64,000 nucleotides of DNA from the human T2T-CHM13v2.0 reference genome, Homo sapiens: the NCBI RefSeq assembly GCF_009914755.1, contig NC_060930.1. The stretch is one strand, 5' to 3'. The position numbers and the translations under genes were made by a program. This document shows positions 1-31,877 of this stretch, piece by piece; positions within the stretch are counted from its first letter, which is position 1, and each line of letters begins with the position of its first letter. The notes beneath the pieces are model-generated. The model made no database searches, was not told the origin of the DNA, and saw only the letters and a program-made list of their open reading frames with translations.

Positions 1-8792
<8,792 letters not shown>

Positions 8793-9263
8793 GGCCGACA
8801 GGTCTCTAAAGAAGAACGAAGGAAGGAAGGCCCGCTGTTGCCCAGACCAGAGTGTACCCGAAAGACTCCCTAGCATTAATCCCTGCCCCAATACCTAAAA
8901 AGTATCTCCTGCACACACACACATTCACACCTGTCCCCATCCCCCTTCTGATTCCGGGGCACAGGGAGAGAAACACAAAGGGCAGGAGATCGACGGCTTA
9001 GGGAGCTGGAGGACGAGAGGTGGGAGGGGCTCCACGACGCCAATCACAATAAGCAGGGAGCCAGTCAGATTAGGAAGGAAGCACGAGACCAGAGACTAGT
9101 GTCATCACCGGTCACGGCAGGACAAGCGCCCCAGAGGTCGGAAAATCCTGGGACAACGCGAAAGCGGTGGTCGCCCCACACTCTGCGGAGAAAGTGGTTT
9201 CGCGCACGCGCGCCACGCCCATCGAACCCTCCTAACTCACTATAGACCCGAAACGGCACTCAC

Positions 9264-9346
9264 GGGGCGACAGACCTGCTAGCTGACTGCCCGCGTCTAC
9301 TGCCTTCCCACGGTGTTCCAGCAGAACGGCACAACTAACCCACAGC

Positions 9347-9398
<52 letters not shown>

Positions 9399-9480
9399 AC
9401 CCCGCGGCTCCGCCCCCGACTTCCCCACGGACCGTCACTTCCGGTCTCCCCCAAACCTGCCACCGACGGCCACTTCCGTT
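9264..9480 (-). other. BAG6: BAG6 non-coding first exon (5' end approximate)
   Basis: Minus-strand donor CCC|GTGAGT at 9264/9263 inside a CpG island; splices to acceptor at 8805 upstream of the ATG. Confidence 0.7.
9351..9396. repeat. (CA)23 microsatellite; reads (GT)n in the BAG6 5' UTR
   Basis: Perfect CA dinucleotide run seen directly. Confidence 0.97.
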
Positions 9481-10721
9481 TCCCCGATAGTATTTGGGGA
9501 TCTCGAAGCGATACTTCCGGCTCCCCCCAGGTCCCCAAGCTTTACTTTTGTGGGGCACGACGAGAAAGTCCGCAGCCCCAAACAGTGAGTTTCTGAGGGC
9601 GAGTCGGGCCGGGGCCGGCCTAGGTGGGAGGGAGCCGAGCACCCCGAGGAGCCGCCACCGCTGTCGCCCGGGGGACCGTACTACGCCTGCGTGCGTCGCA
9701 CTACGGATGCGTGGACACTTAAGCATCGCCCCACCCCCTCCCCCCTCTGGCGGCGTTCACGTCTGTGCGCGCGCTTGAGCGCTAGAAGATTGAGGTGGCT
9801 ACCGTAAATGCCTGAAAAACAGTCACCAGCTGGGACTCTACCACTGCCTCGAGAGGGGCTATGGACGGTCGTATGGACCTTGGACTTTGGAGATGGGGGA
9901 TTATGCCACATTCATCTATGTTTAAATCTTGGCAGGCTGATAATTTCAGGCGGCACTGTCCTAGCCAGCTAAAACTCTTCTCCACCCTATTGCCCTCGCT
10001 GCGCCCTTTCTTCTGTGCCTCCGGAAGTTACTCTTTCAGTAGGCGTTTGGGGGCGGCACTGGTCAATTTTGTTCTCGGTTGCTTGGTTGGGCTAGATTTC
10101 GGTTCTGCCGGGTGGGCGTTTTAAGGGCTGTGGGCGTCACATTCGTCGGTGTGTGGCCAAGGGGACATGACACGTTTTAGGAAAAGTAAACGTGCTACTA
10201 AGTTGCACGACTTGTCAAGAAAAGAGGCGCTTCCGAGTTTGAGAATTGGGAGCAAATGGAGTCCGAGTGGACAGAAAGACAAGACCCTGACCGTGGGGAA
10301 TTTAAAGGCCGGCCAGCGTGCTTCCGAAGGCCGGGGGTGGAGGCATTACCGCCTCTCCGTGCCCTCTTCTCTTAACCTGCCCTGGGCCAAGGGCCTCGGC
10401 CCCGCGAAACTGCGAGTCCTCCAGAAAGACACATCGCTGTTGGGGTGTCCAACCTTTCTGGGATTCGTAGTTTATACCCAGGTCCTGGTTATATTTTAGT
10501 TAAGAGTTCTAATAAGCAGCTGTTTAATGAGCACTTGTGCCAGCCCATATACTACGGGTTTTGTGTATTATTTTAAAAAGCCTTTTAACGAGCTTTTAAC
10601 ATTTTTTAAGTGAGTACACTTAGACGAACATAAGTGTCAGAATTGACAAATCCAGGCCTACAGGACTCCAGATCGAGCACTTGTACTTTACTGCCCCAAT
10701 AAAAAGCTGTTAACATTTTAG

Positions 10722-12274
<1,553 letters not shown>

Positions 12275-12859
12275 TAGTTAGGGTTTGGACACATTCTGCC
12301 TGACACCAACATCTATCCTCTCTAACAGCCAGATTACATAGCCTCTTTGTAGTAATAAATGTTGAGTGAATGTGTCAGTGAACACTGCCAGGGTATACAT
12401 ATTTTTCTAATTGTAAACTAAAGAGAGCAATCCACCGTGCCCCAGCACCTGCATCATACCTGTTCTAAAGCATTTACCAAGTTGTATTGCAATGGTTTGT
12501 CTACACAGCTAGTTTTCCCTCTAACGACTTCTTCAAGATCAGGGGCTATGTCTTATTCGTTTTTTTATGTCCCCGGGGATTAGCTAGTTCTTGGGAAACA
12601 ACTGGGACTTGGGATTCAAAACAGTTTGCTAAGTGAATGAATGAGAGGCCCAGTCAAGCTACTTCCCTTCAGTGCTGCACAGTGCAACAAATAACCAGCT
12701 CAGATACAGGTTCAAAGACCACAGGCTTCTCCCTGGACAGCTCAGCTCTCCTCATAACTCCTGAGAAACCCTGGACATGCCAGGGTGTACTATGGAGTGG
12801 TTGCATCCGGAAGAGGGGGAGGAAGTCCCAAACACTAAGTAATCCAGGTTTGGGTTGGA

Positions 12860-12910
12860 AAACAAGGTTGAAGTTACTCATTAGCAGGTGAAAGGGTCAA
12901 GGGTCGAACG
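12860..12910 (+). promoter_or_regulatory. APOM liver/kidney proximal promoter: LRH-1-like, HNF1 and DR1 (HNF4/nuclear receptor) sites
   Basis: CAAGGTTG 12863-12870; GTTACTCATTAGC 12873-12885 (HNF1 consensus GTTAATNATTAAC); GGGTCA-A-GGGTCG 12894-12906 (DR1); all about 100 bp upstream of the ATG. Confidence 0.75.
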
Positions 12911-12999
12911 CAAGGGAGCTGAAAGCAGAGTGGACTGAGCAGCCAGTAGGGGAGAGAGCAGTTAAGGCACACAGAGCACCAGCTCCCTCCTGCCTGAAG

Positions 13000-15122
<2,123 letters not shown>

Positions 15123-15218
15123 CCTGTAACTTCATCTAAGTCCCCAGATGGGTACAATGGGAGCTGAGTTGTTGGAGGGAGAAGCTGGAGACTTCCAGCT
15201 CCAGCTCCCACTCAAGAT

Positions 15219-15224
15219 AATAAA
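15219..15224 (+). terminator. APOM polyadenylation signal AATAAA
   Basis: AATAAA about 100 nt after the stop codon. Confidence 0.8.
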
Positions 15225-15410
15225 GATAATTTTTCAATCCTCATCTCATTCTGGGGTTTGTCTCCAGACGTCATTCCCACTCCTCCCATTTCAACATTCC
15301 CCCTGGATCCTCTACCACCTAAACTCCCAGCTGGACGGTGTCAGTAAGAACAGAGTGGCAGTAACTCTCACTTTGTAGTGGTATATTTAGGATTTGATGT
15401 GACACAGTTA

Positions 15411-15416
15411 TTTATT
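15411..15416 (-). terminator. C6orf47 polyadenylation signal (a second candidate lies at 15782-15787)
   Basis: TTTATT on + strand downstream of the C6orf47 stop. Confidence 0.65.
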
Positions 15417-16095
15417 GCTGAGTGAGCAAACCCCTAGCCCCCAAGTGGGGACTACAGGCTTCAGTGCTTCCCCCACACTGCCTGAGCTACCAGCCCTTCT
15501 GCACTGGCCCTCCTGCCAATACTGCCTGCACTGTCCCCACTCCCTCTGGCTCCCATGATCACCAGATCCGCCCTGCAGGCTCCCTGTCACCTGTGGGGCC
15601 CTATCCAGACCCCCTAATCCACTTGCCTAGCAGCCCCACTCTTCCCTCGATGGCTCAGATCCTGAGATCCAAGGAACACCCTGGGTTTCCCAACCACTCT
15701 CTTACTGCAGAGGTCTGTCTATCCTGCCCTGGTCTCCTCCACCCCAGGAGAGTTTTCAAAGGTAGAGAGGACCCTTTGGTCTTTATTCACCACCATCATA
15801 CTTTTTTTTTTTTTTGCTTTTAAAAAGTGGAGGTGGAAAAAAAAAAAAAACTGAAGGTGGGAGAAAAGTAAAAGCAAAAATAACAGCTGGTGAATCCAAG
15901 AGCAGTGCCCTCACTGTCCATAAACACAAACACCCTAAATAGTTCTGTTCTCTCCTGTGTATGAAGGGGGGCCCTGCACCCTCGTACTCGGGTTTCTTCC
16001 CCATCCCTGAGGTCCCTATGCTTACAATTTGGGTCATGCCTCACACTTTTCTCCTAAAGCCCACACTCTCTTCACCCTTTGCCCCCACCCCACGG

Positions 16096-16980
16096 TCACA
16101 GCCCCTTTCCCGGGTCTCCCCTCTGCTCCTCACCTTCCCTCTCCAACCCCTCACTCTCCCAGTCAGTGGCCGCCTCATCCCCATTGGGCTCCCGGAGGCT
16201 GACAGCCAGCACCAAGGCCTGCAGGAGACCAAAGAGGCAGGCGAAGTGCAAAGGGTGGGCAGTAAGTAGGCTCAGAACAGCATGGAGCCCATGCAGGGCA
16301 GCCAGGAAGGACAGTAGGCCATGTAGCCAGAGGCCCAGCGGTCCACGCAGGCCCAGTGTGTCCAAGGCTGCCCGCAGTGGTCGTGAGCACAGGGCCAGCA
16401 GGGCAGAGGCCAGCAGCTCCAGAAGATGCAGGGTCAGGTTGGTGGAGATCTGCAGACACTCTTCTGGGCCCCCCAAGTACCGGGAGGGAGCTCCTGGTTC
16501 CCCCCGCAGCCAGCCCAACAGCTTCTCACGCCTACCAGGTTTCTCCAATGGGGCTCCTGGCCCAGGGACGCTCAGTCCCCCTTCAGGGGACACCCCTGGT
16601 CTCCTGGTGCCACCTGAATCCACATGATCCCATCTGAGTTTGGGACTGGCCCCTCCAGCCTCCAGTCTCCCAGACTCTTGAGTGCTAGAGATAGGCTGGT
16701 CCCACTTGAGGGAATCCATTCTTTTGCTCCCTAGCTGCTCAACTTGGGGCTCCTCCTTGCTTGGTTCGGAAGCAGCCCTAGAAACCCTCAATGCCCCCGA
16801 GTCCTTAGTCTTGGGATGCCCCACATCTTCCATGGTTTCTGGGGCACTATCCCAGTCACTTCCTGAATTCTCCGAGGAGCTGTCCACCCGTCTGGGTTCT
16901 GGGTAAGGCGGGTCAGGCCTCATTGGTTTCCGGCGGCCCCAAGGGCGAGGTAGCCAGCCACCAAGCCGTCGCAGGAACAT
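16096..16980 (-). CDS. C6orf47: C6orf47 (G4/NG34), intronless uncharacterised protein, 294 aa, Leu-rich hydrophobic C-terminal half
   Basis: Single ORF MFLRRLGGWLPRPWGRRKPMRPD...GDPGKGL*, longest in the window; Kozak GCCATG; position between APOM and GPANK1. Confidence 0.95.
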   Translation of the reverse strand: MFLRRLGGWLPRPWGRRKPMRPDPPYPEPRRVDSSSENSGSDWDSAPETMEDVGHPKTKDSGALRVSRAASEPSKEEPQVEQLGSKRMDSLKWDQPISSTQESGRLEAGGASPKLRWDHVDSGGTRRPGVSPEGGLSVPGPGAPLEKPGRREKLLGWLRGEPGAPSRYLGGPEECLQISTNLTLHLLELLASALLALCSRPLRAALDTLGLRGPLGLWLHGLLSFLAALHGLHAVLSLLTAHPLHFACLFGLLQALVLAVSLREPNGDEAATDWESEGLEREGEEQRGDPGKGL

Positions 16981-17589
16981 GGCTGGGGTGTGTAATGGGC
17001 CCCCAAATTCTGAGGCTGCTTCCTGGCACTACTCAGACTCTCAGGATCTCCTCAGAAGCCAGAGTCTTTCTGGCTCAGAACAGGTATTTGCCTGGTGATG
17101 CAGTCCTACTCTGAATTCAGAAGTGGCTCCTCCCTTCTCTGAATAGTCATGCAGCCTCAAGTGTGGCAAGTAGTTTGCTTCCTCTTCAGTTCTGGGGTAA
17201 AGGGGGGCATACCCAAATTCATTCACCATCCACACCCCCACAATCTGAGATTCCAAGAATCTCAGATCTGACAAGGCCTGGGTCACCACCAGAGAGTCCT
17301 CTCTGCGTTTCCGGATTTCCTTCCCAGCAGGCAGCACCCCAAGTTTCACTCACCAAGGCCACACCCCAAGGTGTCCCAGAAACTGGGGAGGCAGTGCTCC
17401 ATCCAATAAAGCGGGCAGGAAGGTGGCCCCAGGTCCTAGGTGCTCCTGGATCGTGTAGTCTTTAACTGCTGCCCCAAGGGACCTCAAGGAATAGGAATTC
17501 TCTTTGTTAGGAGGTGGAATGAAAGTGTCCAGCAAACTCCAGCCAGCAGCGTTCGTCCCTTGATTTAGAGGGCTATGATTTCTACAAAG

Positions 17590-18000
17590 TGGCCCGACTG
17601 GCCCGCGAACACGCAGCAGAGACGCGGCCTCCACAAGGTCAGAACTAAGATGTCCTCAGAGATCCCCAGTTACGAAGCAAAGCGCGGGCCTACTTCGGGA
17701 CCTACGCGTCCGGGCGCTGTGCGCGGGGACCGCTCCCGGGCCCAGCGTCGGGGCCGCGGCCTTGGGGAGCCGCCGGGAGCCGCGAAGCCCGGAAGCAGCT
17801 GCACCAGGACTGGAAGGACCCGCGGGGGCGGTGCCGCAGCTCATGGGGCGGACCCTGCGAATAGACCGCCCCCGTATACCCCGCGCTGTCTGTGCGCGCC
17901 GGACCGCCAAACCGAGATTAGCAAGGACCAGGACCTTAATATAAACCCAGCTCCCCATTTTCCCGGGTTTCTCATGCTTCCCTAAACTTGGTCGCCCCCT
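17590..18000. promoter_or_regulatory. CpG island / C6orf47 promoter
   Basis: Dense CpG, GC boxes, CCGGAAG ETS motif ~17790. Confidence 0.7.
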
Positions 18001-18402
18001 ACAGCCCCCTGCCCCTGGGTTCTTTTCCACATCCCCCACCACTCCTCCATTTCGCATCCAAGACTTCATGAAAGGCTTTCCCAGAAAAGAAAAAATGAGG
18101 AGTCTTGCGACTTGAACAGCCCTCCCCTGCCCGTCTGCAAATTTGAATTCCTGGATTTCACAACAGTGAGCTCTTCTTGTGCCTACCACCCGGCATGAGC
18201 AAGACAAGGGGGTGGGTGGTGGGAGAGTGGGGAAGTGTGGGAAAGAAAAGTGTAGACAAATGGGTGGAACAAAGAAGTTTAAAGTTTAGATTTGGGGGCT
18301 AGAGTTCTGGTCCCAGTTCAACTAAGTGTACAAGCTTGATAATCGTGGGCCTTCCTATCACACTGGCCTCTTCCAGCAAAACCCTACCCATTCTCATCTC
18401 TA

Positions 18403-18855
<453 letters not shown>

Positions 18856-19298
18856 TCAGTGAATTGGCTGTAGTCAGGGAACTCCTCCTGGGGGAAGTGA
18901 GACTTGCACGAAGCTGGGCAATTCTTGGTCCAGGGGGGTTGAAAGAATAGGTGGGGGACTCCCAGGAGGGTCTGGGACCTGAAAGTGAACCCAGATTGGC
19001 AGGGAGGTGACCTTATCATGCCACCTGGAGAGGCTGCCCCTTCTGACTCAGGTGGGACTTGCATGTGGCTCCCAGGCTTCTGTTTGGCTTCCTCAAAATA
19101 GCTTCCAGAAAAGTGAATAAACCACAAATGGTTGATTTATTTCTGACTCTCAGCCCGTCTCTCACGAAGACAGAGCCTATTGACCAAAAACTTCAGGATC
19201 TGCATCTGAGCAGATCCCAGGAAGGGGAAGTCAAAGGGCCCAGGTCAGAGGCCCAAGTTCAGACTTCAGCAGCAGACTAGGGTCAGACTTTACCAAAG

Positions 19299-21512
<2,214 letters not shown>

Positions 21513-21874
21513 GGCTTTTGGGAGAACTGAGAAAATGATACCAGGCAAGGGAAGGATGAGACAAGTAAGCCAAGCTCGTGGTGACCCTGTAGCAACCACA
21601 GCCTCAGAGACCTGCTGGGATGAGAAAAAGTAGTCAAAAACACTTTCCTGCCACTAAAGTAACCCCACAACTTAGGACTCTGCAGGGCCTAAGGGAGAGA
21701 GACTTTGCGTAAAAACATGGAACCCTACAATACCGACTTTGCTCCTTAGTAAAGATTAATAAAACTCCATGAGACTGTTGTCCAGAGGTCCTGCGTCCGG
21801 CCCCCACCCCCATCCTCACCAACAATAAACACCAGCCTCTTTCTGAAACCACTTTCCCACCCCGTAAGACATAC

Positions 21875-23450
21875 CAGTAGGAAAAAAAAATCAGCCTGGC
21901 CCTTTAAGTCTTCCGCGATCCCATTTCGGAGTTTCCTCTTCCCAAACAAAAATAGATGGGTCACTCCCTAGAAGATCTCGGGGAGAGTCTCCTATACGTG
22001 TTGCTGTGTAGCTTCCGTACCGCAAAATGGCGCCATTCTAATCAGAAGAGTTGACACAATCAAATAGCCACACGGCACGAAGACGCATGCGTGGCGACAA
22101 CAACAACAAAAACCACAACCCACATTACTTGAGGGCTCGGGCGTGCGCAAAGCTCCGGGTTCAGTTTCCCGCGCTGGAACTTTTTCAATAGTAAACGAGC
22201 AAAGCTCCGCGCGCCCAGGTGGCGCGAGCACTAGGATCTGTCGGTTGGGGTCCTACTTTTACATAACGCCCCCACAATGCCCTTCGCCTTCCTCAACGTG
22301 GCCCCCGCTCCAAGCCCATTTTCTGGAGCCAGGAATCCACTCTGTGGGTTAGGAAAGGCCCTCAGGAGGCGGAGGGAAACCTGTGGAATGCCGAGAAGCC
22401 GTGTAATGAAATAACGTCACGCCTGCCCCTCACCATTACTCTGACCAGGGTTCGAAGGTCACACTTAGAGCCTAAGGGGAAATGGAGAAGTGCAAAGGGA
22501 CGAGCAGAATGGCTGGCACCACCTCAGGTTAGCGCACTGGGACGTTCCAGTTCTCACACCGCCCACCCCACCCCACCCAAGTCCCTACGCACGGAGCCAA
22601 GCCGCACCTCTCCCCTCATGAGGCAGGAGCCCGGAGGAAACAGTATGCCCGTCAAGGGTCTCTGGCGGGACTGATTCGCACTAGGGGCCCAACAGGCAAT
22701 AAGGACCCAGCGGATTGGCCGAGGATAGGCCAGTCCCCTGGGCAGCAGCGCCGCGCCGGGACTAGAGGGGAACGTGAGGAGAGCTGCGGAAAGAGATCCA
22801 GCCTGGCTCCCTCCTTTCCCCGCCCTAAGTCAGCCTCTTCACCCAGTGAGCACAAAACTGTATTGCCCAGACTCCCGGGCCCCGAACGCCATACCTGGCT
22901 TCCGCTTCCGGTGGCTTCTCGTTGTGCCCCGCCCGCAAGCGCCCTCCTCCGGGCCTTCGTGACAGCCAGGTCGTGCGCGGGTCATCCTGGGATTGGTAGT
23001 TCGCTTTCTCTCATTTAGCCAGTTTCTTTCTCTACCGGGGACTCCGTGTCCCGGCATCCACCGCGGCACCTGACCCTTGGCGCTTGCGTGTTGCCCTCTT
23101 CCCCACCCTCCCTAATTTCCACTCCCCCCACCCCACTTCGCCTGCCGCGGTCGGGTCCGCGGCCTGCGCTGTAGCGGTCGCCGCCGTTCCCTGGAAGTAG
23201 CAACTTCCCTACCCCACCCCAGTCCTGGTCCCCGTCCAGCCGGTGAGTCTGAAGTCGTCGCTGCTCCGAGTCCCTTGTCGCTGGGAGCGGCACATGGGGT
23301 CTCCGGACTTTGATGTGGGGGCGGGGGAGGAAGCGACCAGGTCCGGCACGAAGGAGGGAGAGGTGGCCTGAGGAGCGGAGGGGGGATGTGTGGATTCCGG
23401 TGAAAGGGACCTGACAATCGCCCCCAACCCGTGAGAAAAGGAGGAGCCCA
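21875..23450. promoter_or_regulatory. Bidirectional CpG-island promoter GPANK1 (-) / CSNK2B (+), including their non-coding first exons
   Basis: YY1-like AAAATGGCGCCATT ~22023; NRF1-like ACGCATGCGT ~22083; CTCF-like CGCCCAGGTGGCGC ~22212; tandem ETS CTTCCGCTTCCGG 22899-22911; CCAAT boxes; GPANK1 donor CTG|GTATGT at 21875; CSNK2B exon 1 donor CCG|GTGAGT at 23242. Confidence 0.85.
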
Positions 23451-23865
23451 GTTCTTGCTTGAGAATGATAAACTTGGAAACCCTTGGGAAAGGCGTGGGG
23501 GTCATGCAGAGACTTGTATTGGTAGGGAGCCTGAGTCGAGGTCCCTGCCGGAGTTGACACAGAGGAGAGAGGGCCCTGGCCTTCGGGAGCTCCAGGGATG
23601 TGGGTCGGGCTGGTGGGTCAAAGTATCTGTTGGCTTCTTTCAAGTGGTGGGACCCCAAAGAATGTTTAACTTCAAAGAAAAGGGGCTGAGATGTAAATTA
23701 GAGGAGCTGGAGAGGAGTGCTTCAGAGTTTGGGTTGCTTTAAGAAAGGGTGGTTCCGAATTCTCCCGTGGTTGGAGGGCCGAATGTGGGAGGAGGGAGGA
23801 TACCAGAGGCAGGGAAGGAGAACTTGAGCTTTACTGACACTGTTCTTTTTCTAGCTGACGTGAAG

Positions 23866-26960
<3,095 letters not shown>

Positions 26961-27984
26961 TTCCCTCCCCCACCTGTCCTGCAGTCTTTGTCTTTTCCTT
27001 TCTTTTTTGCCACCCTTTCAGGAACCCTGTATGGTTTTTAGTTTAAATTAAAGGAGTCGTTATCGTGGTGGGAATATGAAATAAAGTAGAAGAAAAGGCC
27101 ATGAGCTAGTCTGCTGGTGCTTGCTGTTGGGGAAGGGAAGGTGATGGTGTGTTGGACTCCAGGGGCCCTCATGGCCCAGCCCACCCTCCCCAGATTGAAA
27201 ACCAGGACAGATTTGTGCTCAGTGGATTGGGTGGTGTTTTTAGTATGGAGCAGAACAGAATTCCTAGGACTGCGTGTGATGAAATGCAAGGTCAAAAGGA
27301 AAAGACAAAGCATATTTCAAAGATGAGAAATATTTGTTTGGATATCTATGACTGTCTGTTTATACTGTAAGGGGCTTAATCAGCAGCTCCATCTTTTAGT
27401 TTTAGTTCTAAAGGAAAAGTAGCCTAAAGTCAGTATAACTAAAGGGTGGAACGAGGTGGGACAAGGTCCGGAATTGCTGCTCAGTGATGTGTGTGTGCCT
27501 GCCGCTGGTGGAGCTGAGACTGCTCATCTCAGAAGGATGGGGATGCTTGATTTCCTGGCCAGGTTGTCCCAGCACAGTGGGGATTGGCCCTGTTGTATGA
27601 CGAAGACAGCACATGGTGGCAGAGATAGATACTAACCCATGGACTTTCCAAGGGAGGGAATAGGTCTTTGGAGGGTATGCAAGACAAAGGTAGACACTGG
27701 ATAAAGAACCCGGTAGTGCCCAGGTATTACCCCATCTGGGCCATTACTCCCACACTCAGGAACCAGACGTTGTGGGTGAGGACATGCTGTCCCTCCTGCC
27801 AAGTAATAACTTCCTTCCCAGCCAGGATCCTGCCCCAAGTAGGAATATAGCTCTGCATTTACAGCAGCTCCTGCTCAGACCTTGTCAAAACCACCCTGCA
27901 GCTTAGGATTAAGGAGCATGGTCACAGGAAGGTGGGGTTTCAGGGCATCCCCTCAGGAACTGCCCATCTCCCCAGAATTCCAAA

Positions 27985-29316
27985 ATGAAGGTCCATATGC
28001 TTGTAGGTGTGCTGGTCATGGTGGGCTTCACAGTAGGAAAGGGTAAGTGGGGCCCAGGGGCAGGGAGGGAGGAAGGGGTAACTGAGTCCAGGAAGGGGGT
28101 GGAGCGTGGCCATGGATAATCGGGCTTCCTACTGGCCCAGGGTATTTGAGAGTGACCCAGTGCCTCCATCCCTCCTTCTGCCTCCCCAGTTCCTGTTCCC
28201 GACATCCGGACGTGCCACTTCTGCCTCGTAGAAGACCCTTCTGTAGGATGCATTTCAGGCTCAGAGAAGTGTACCATCAGCAGCTCATCCCTGTGCATGG
28301 TGATCACCATCTATTATGGTAAATAAGGTCCCAGGAAGGGGCTGCTGGTGGGGCAGCCAATGGCTTGGTCTTCTCTCCTCTCACAGATCAGGGCTGCTCC
28401 GGGCATGGGGTACAAGAAGAGAGGAGGGGCTGAGTGCAATGGCTCATGCCTGTAACCCTAGCACTTTGGGAGGCTGAGGCAGGTGGATCACTTAAGCTCT
28501 AGAGTTCAAGACCAGCCTAGGCAACATAGTGAGACCCTGTCTCTACAAAAAAATAGCCAGGCATGGTGGTATGCACCTGTAGTCCCAGCTACTCGGGAGG
28601 CTGAGGTGGGAGATCTCTTAAACTCAGGAGGCATAGGTTGCAGTGAGCCAAGATTGCGCCACCATGCTCCAGCCTGGGTAACAGAGCTAGACCCTGTCTC
28701 AAAAAAAACCAGAAGAATCTTGGAAGGAGGGGTCTAAGGTTCTAGGGGGCCAGCAGAGCTCACTTTTCTAGCCTCTTGAAGGACTCTGGGTTAGAAGTAA
28801 ATTAGGTCTGGGTGAAGGATGGGAAAAGTCAGTAGCAGGGGTTCTTGGACTATGGGAAGCTATTGGAAGGGGTTATCAGCTTTCCCCTCTCCCTCAGATG
28901 TCAAGGTTCGCTTCATCGTTCGAGGCTGTGGACAGTACATTTCCTACCGCTGCCAAGAAAAACGCAACACCTACTTTGCAGAGTACTGGTATCAGGCCCA
29001 GTGCTGTCAGTACGATTATTGCAACTCCTGGTCAAGCCCCCAACTCCAGAGCTCTCTGCCGGAGCCCCATGACAGGCCCCTGGCCCTGCCTCTGTCTGAC
29101 TCCCAGATTCAGTGGTTCTACCAGGCCCTGAACCTCTCCCTGCCCCTCCCCAATTTCCATGCTGGGACGGAGCCTGATGGCCTGGACCCCATGGTCACAC
29201 TGTCCCTGAACCTGGGCTTGTCTTTTGCTGAGCTGCGCCGCATGTACTTGTTCCTCAATAGTTCAGGACTTTTGGTTCTTCCCCAGGCTGGACTCTTGAC
29301 ACCTCACCCTTCCTGA
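27985..29316 (+). CDS. LY6G5B: LY6G5B, Ly-6/uPAR (LU) domain protein, 201 aa
   Basis: Signal peptide [19 protein letters not shown]; exons 27985-28042, 28190-28318, 28898-29316 = 606 nt; LU cysteines TCHFC...CCQYDYCN. Confidence 0.96.
28428..28709 (+). mobile_element. Alu (J-like) in LY6G5B intron 2
   Basis: Alu consensus. Confidence 0.9.
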
Positions 29317-29434
29317 ATTCCACAGTGCAAATATCTTTCTGTAACACCCTCAGCATCCTGCACTGCCCTCTCTGAAAACACCCACATTCTTTGGTCACTG
29401 TGATTTCTTAGGCCTCCGTCTGTTGTACCACTAG

Positions 29435-31877
<2,443 letters not shown>

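Larger units (their letters stand above)
9000..10450. promoter_or_regulatory. CpG-island promoter of BAG6 (bidirectional; also an upstream APOM start)
   Basis: High CpG density; ETS/GABP motifs ACTTCCGG (~9438, ~9513) and CCGGAAGT (10021); GC boxes; CTCF-like CCCCCTCTGGCGG ~9741. Confidence 0.8.

Noticed and set aside
16079-16627. 182-aa plus-strand ORF antisense to C6orf47
   Set aside because: Non-ATG start; typical shadow ORF opposite a GC-rich CDS; no recognisable domain
17575-18207. 136-aa (+) and 183-aa (-) ORFs over the C6orf47 CpG island
   Set aside because: Arg/Gly/Pro/Ala-rich low-complexity translations expected from stop-poor GC-rich DNA
23015-23658. 181-aa and 149-aa minus-strand ORFs over CSNK2B exon 1/intron 1
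   Set aside because: CpG-island artefacts with no homology I can recognise
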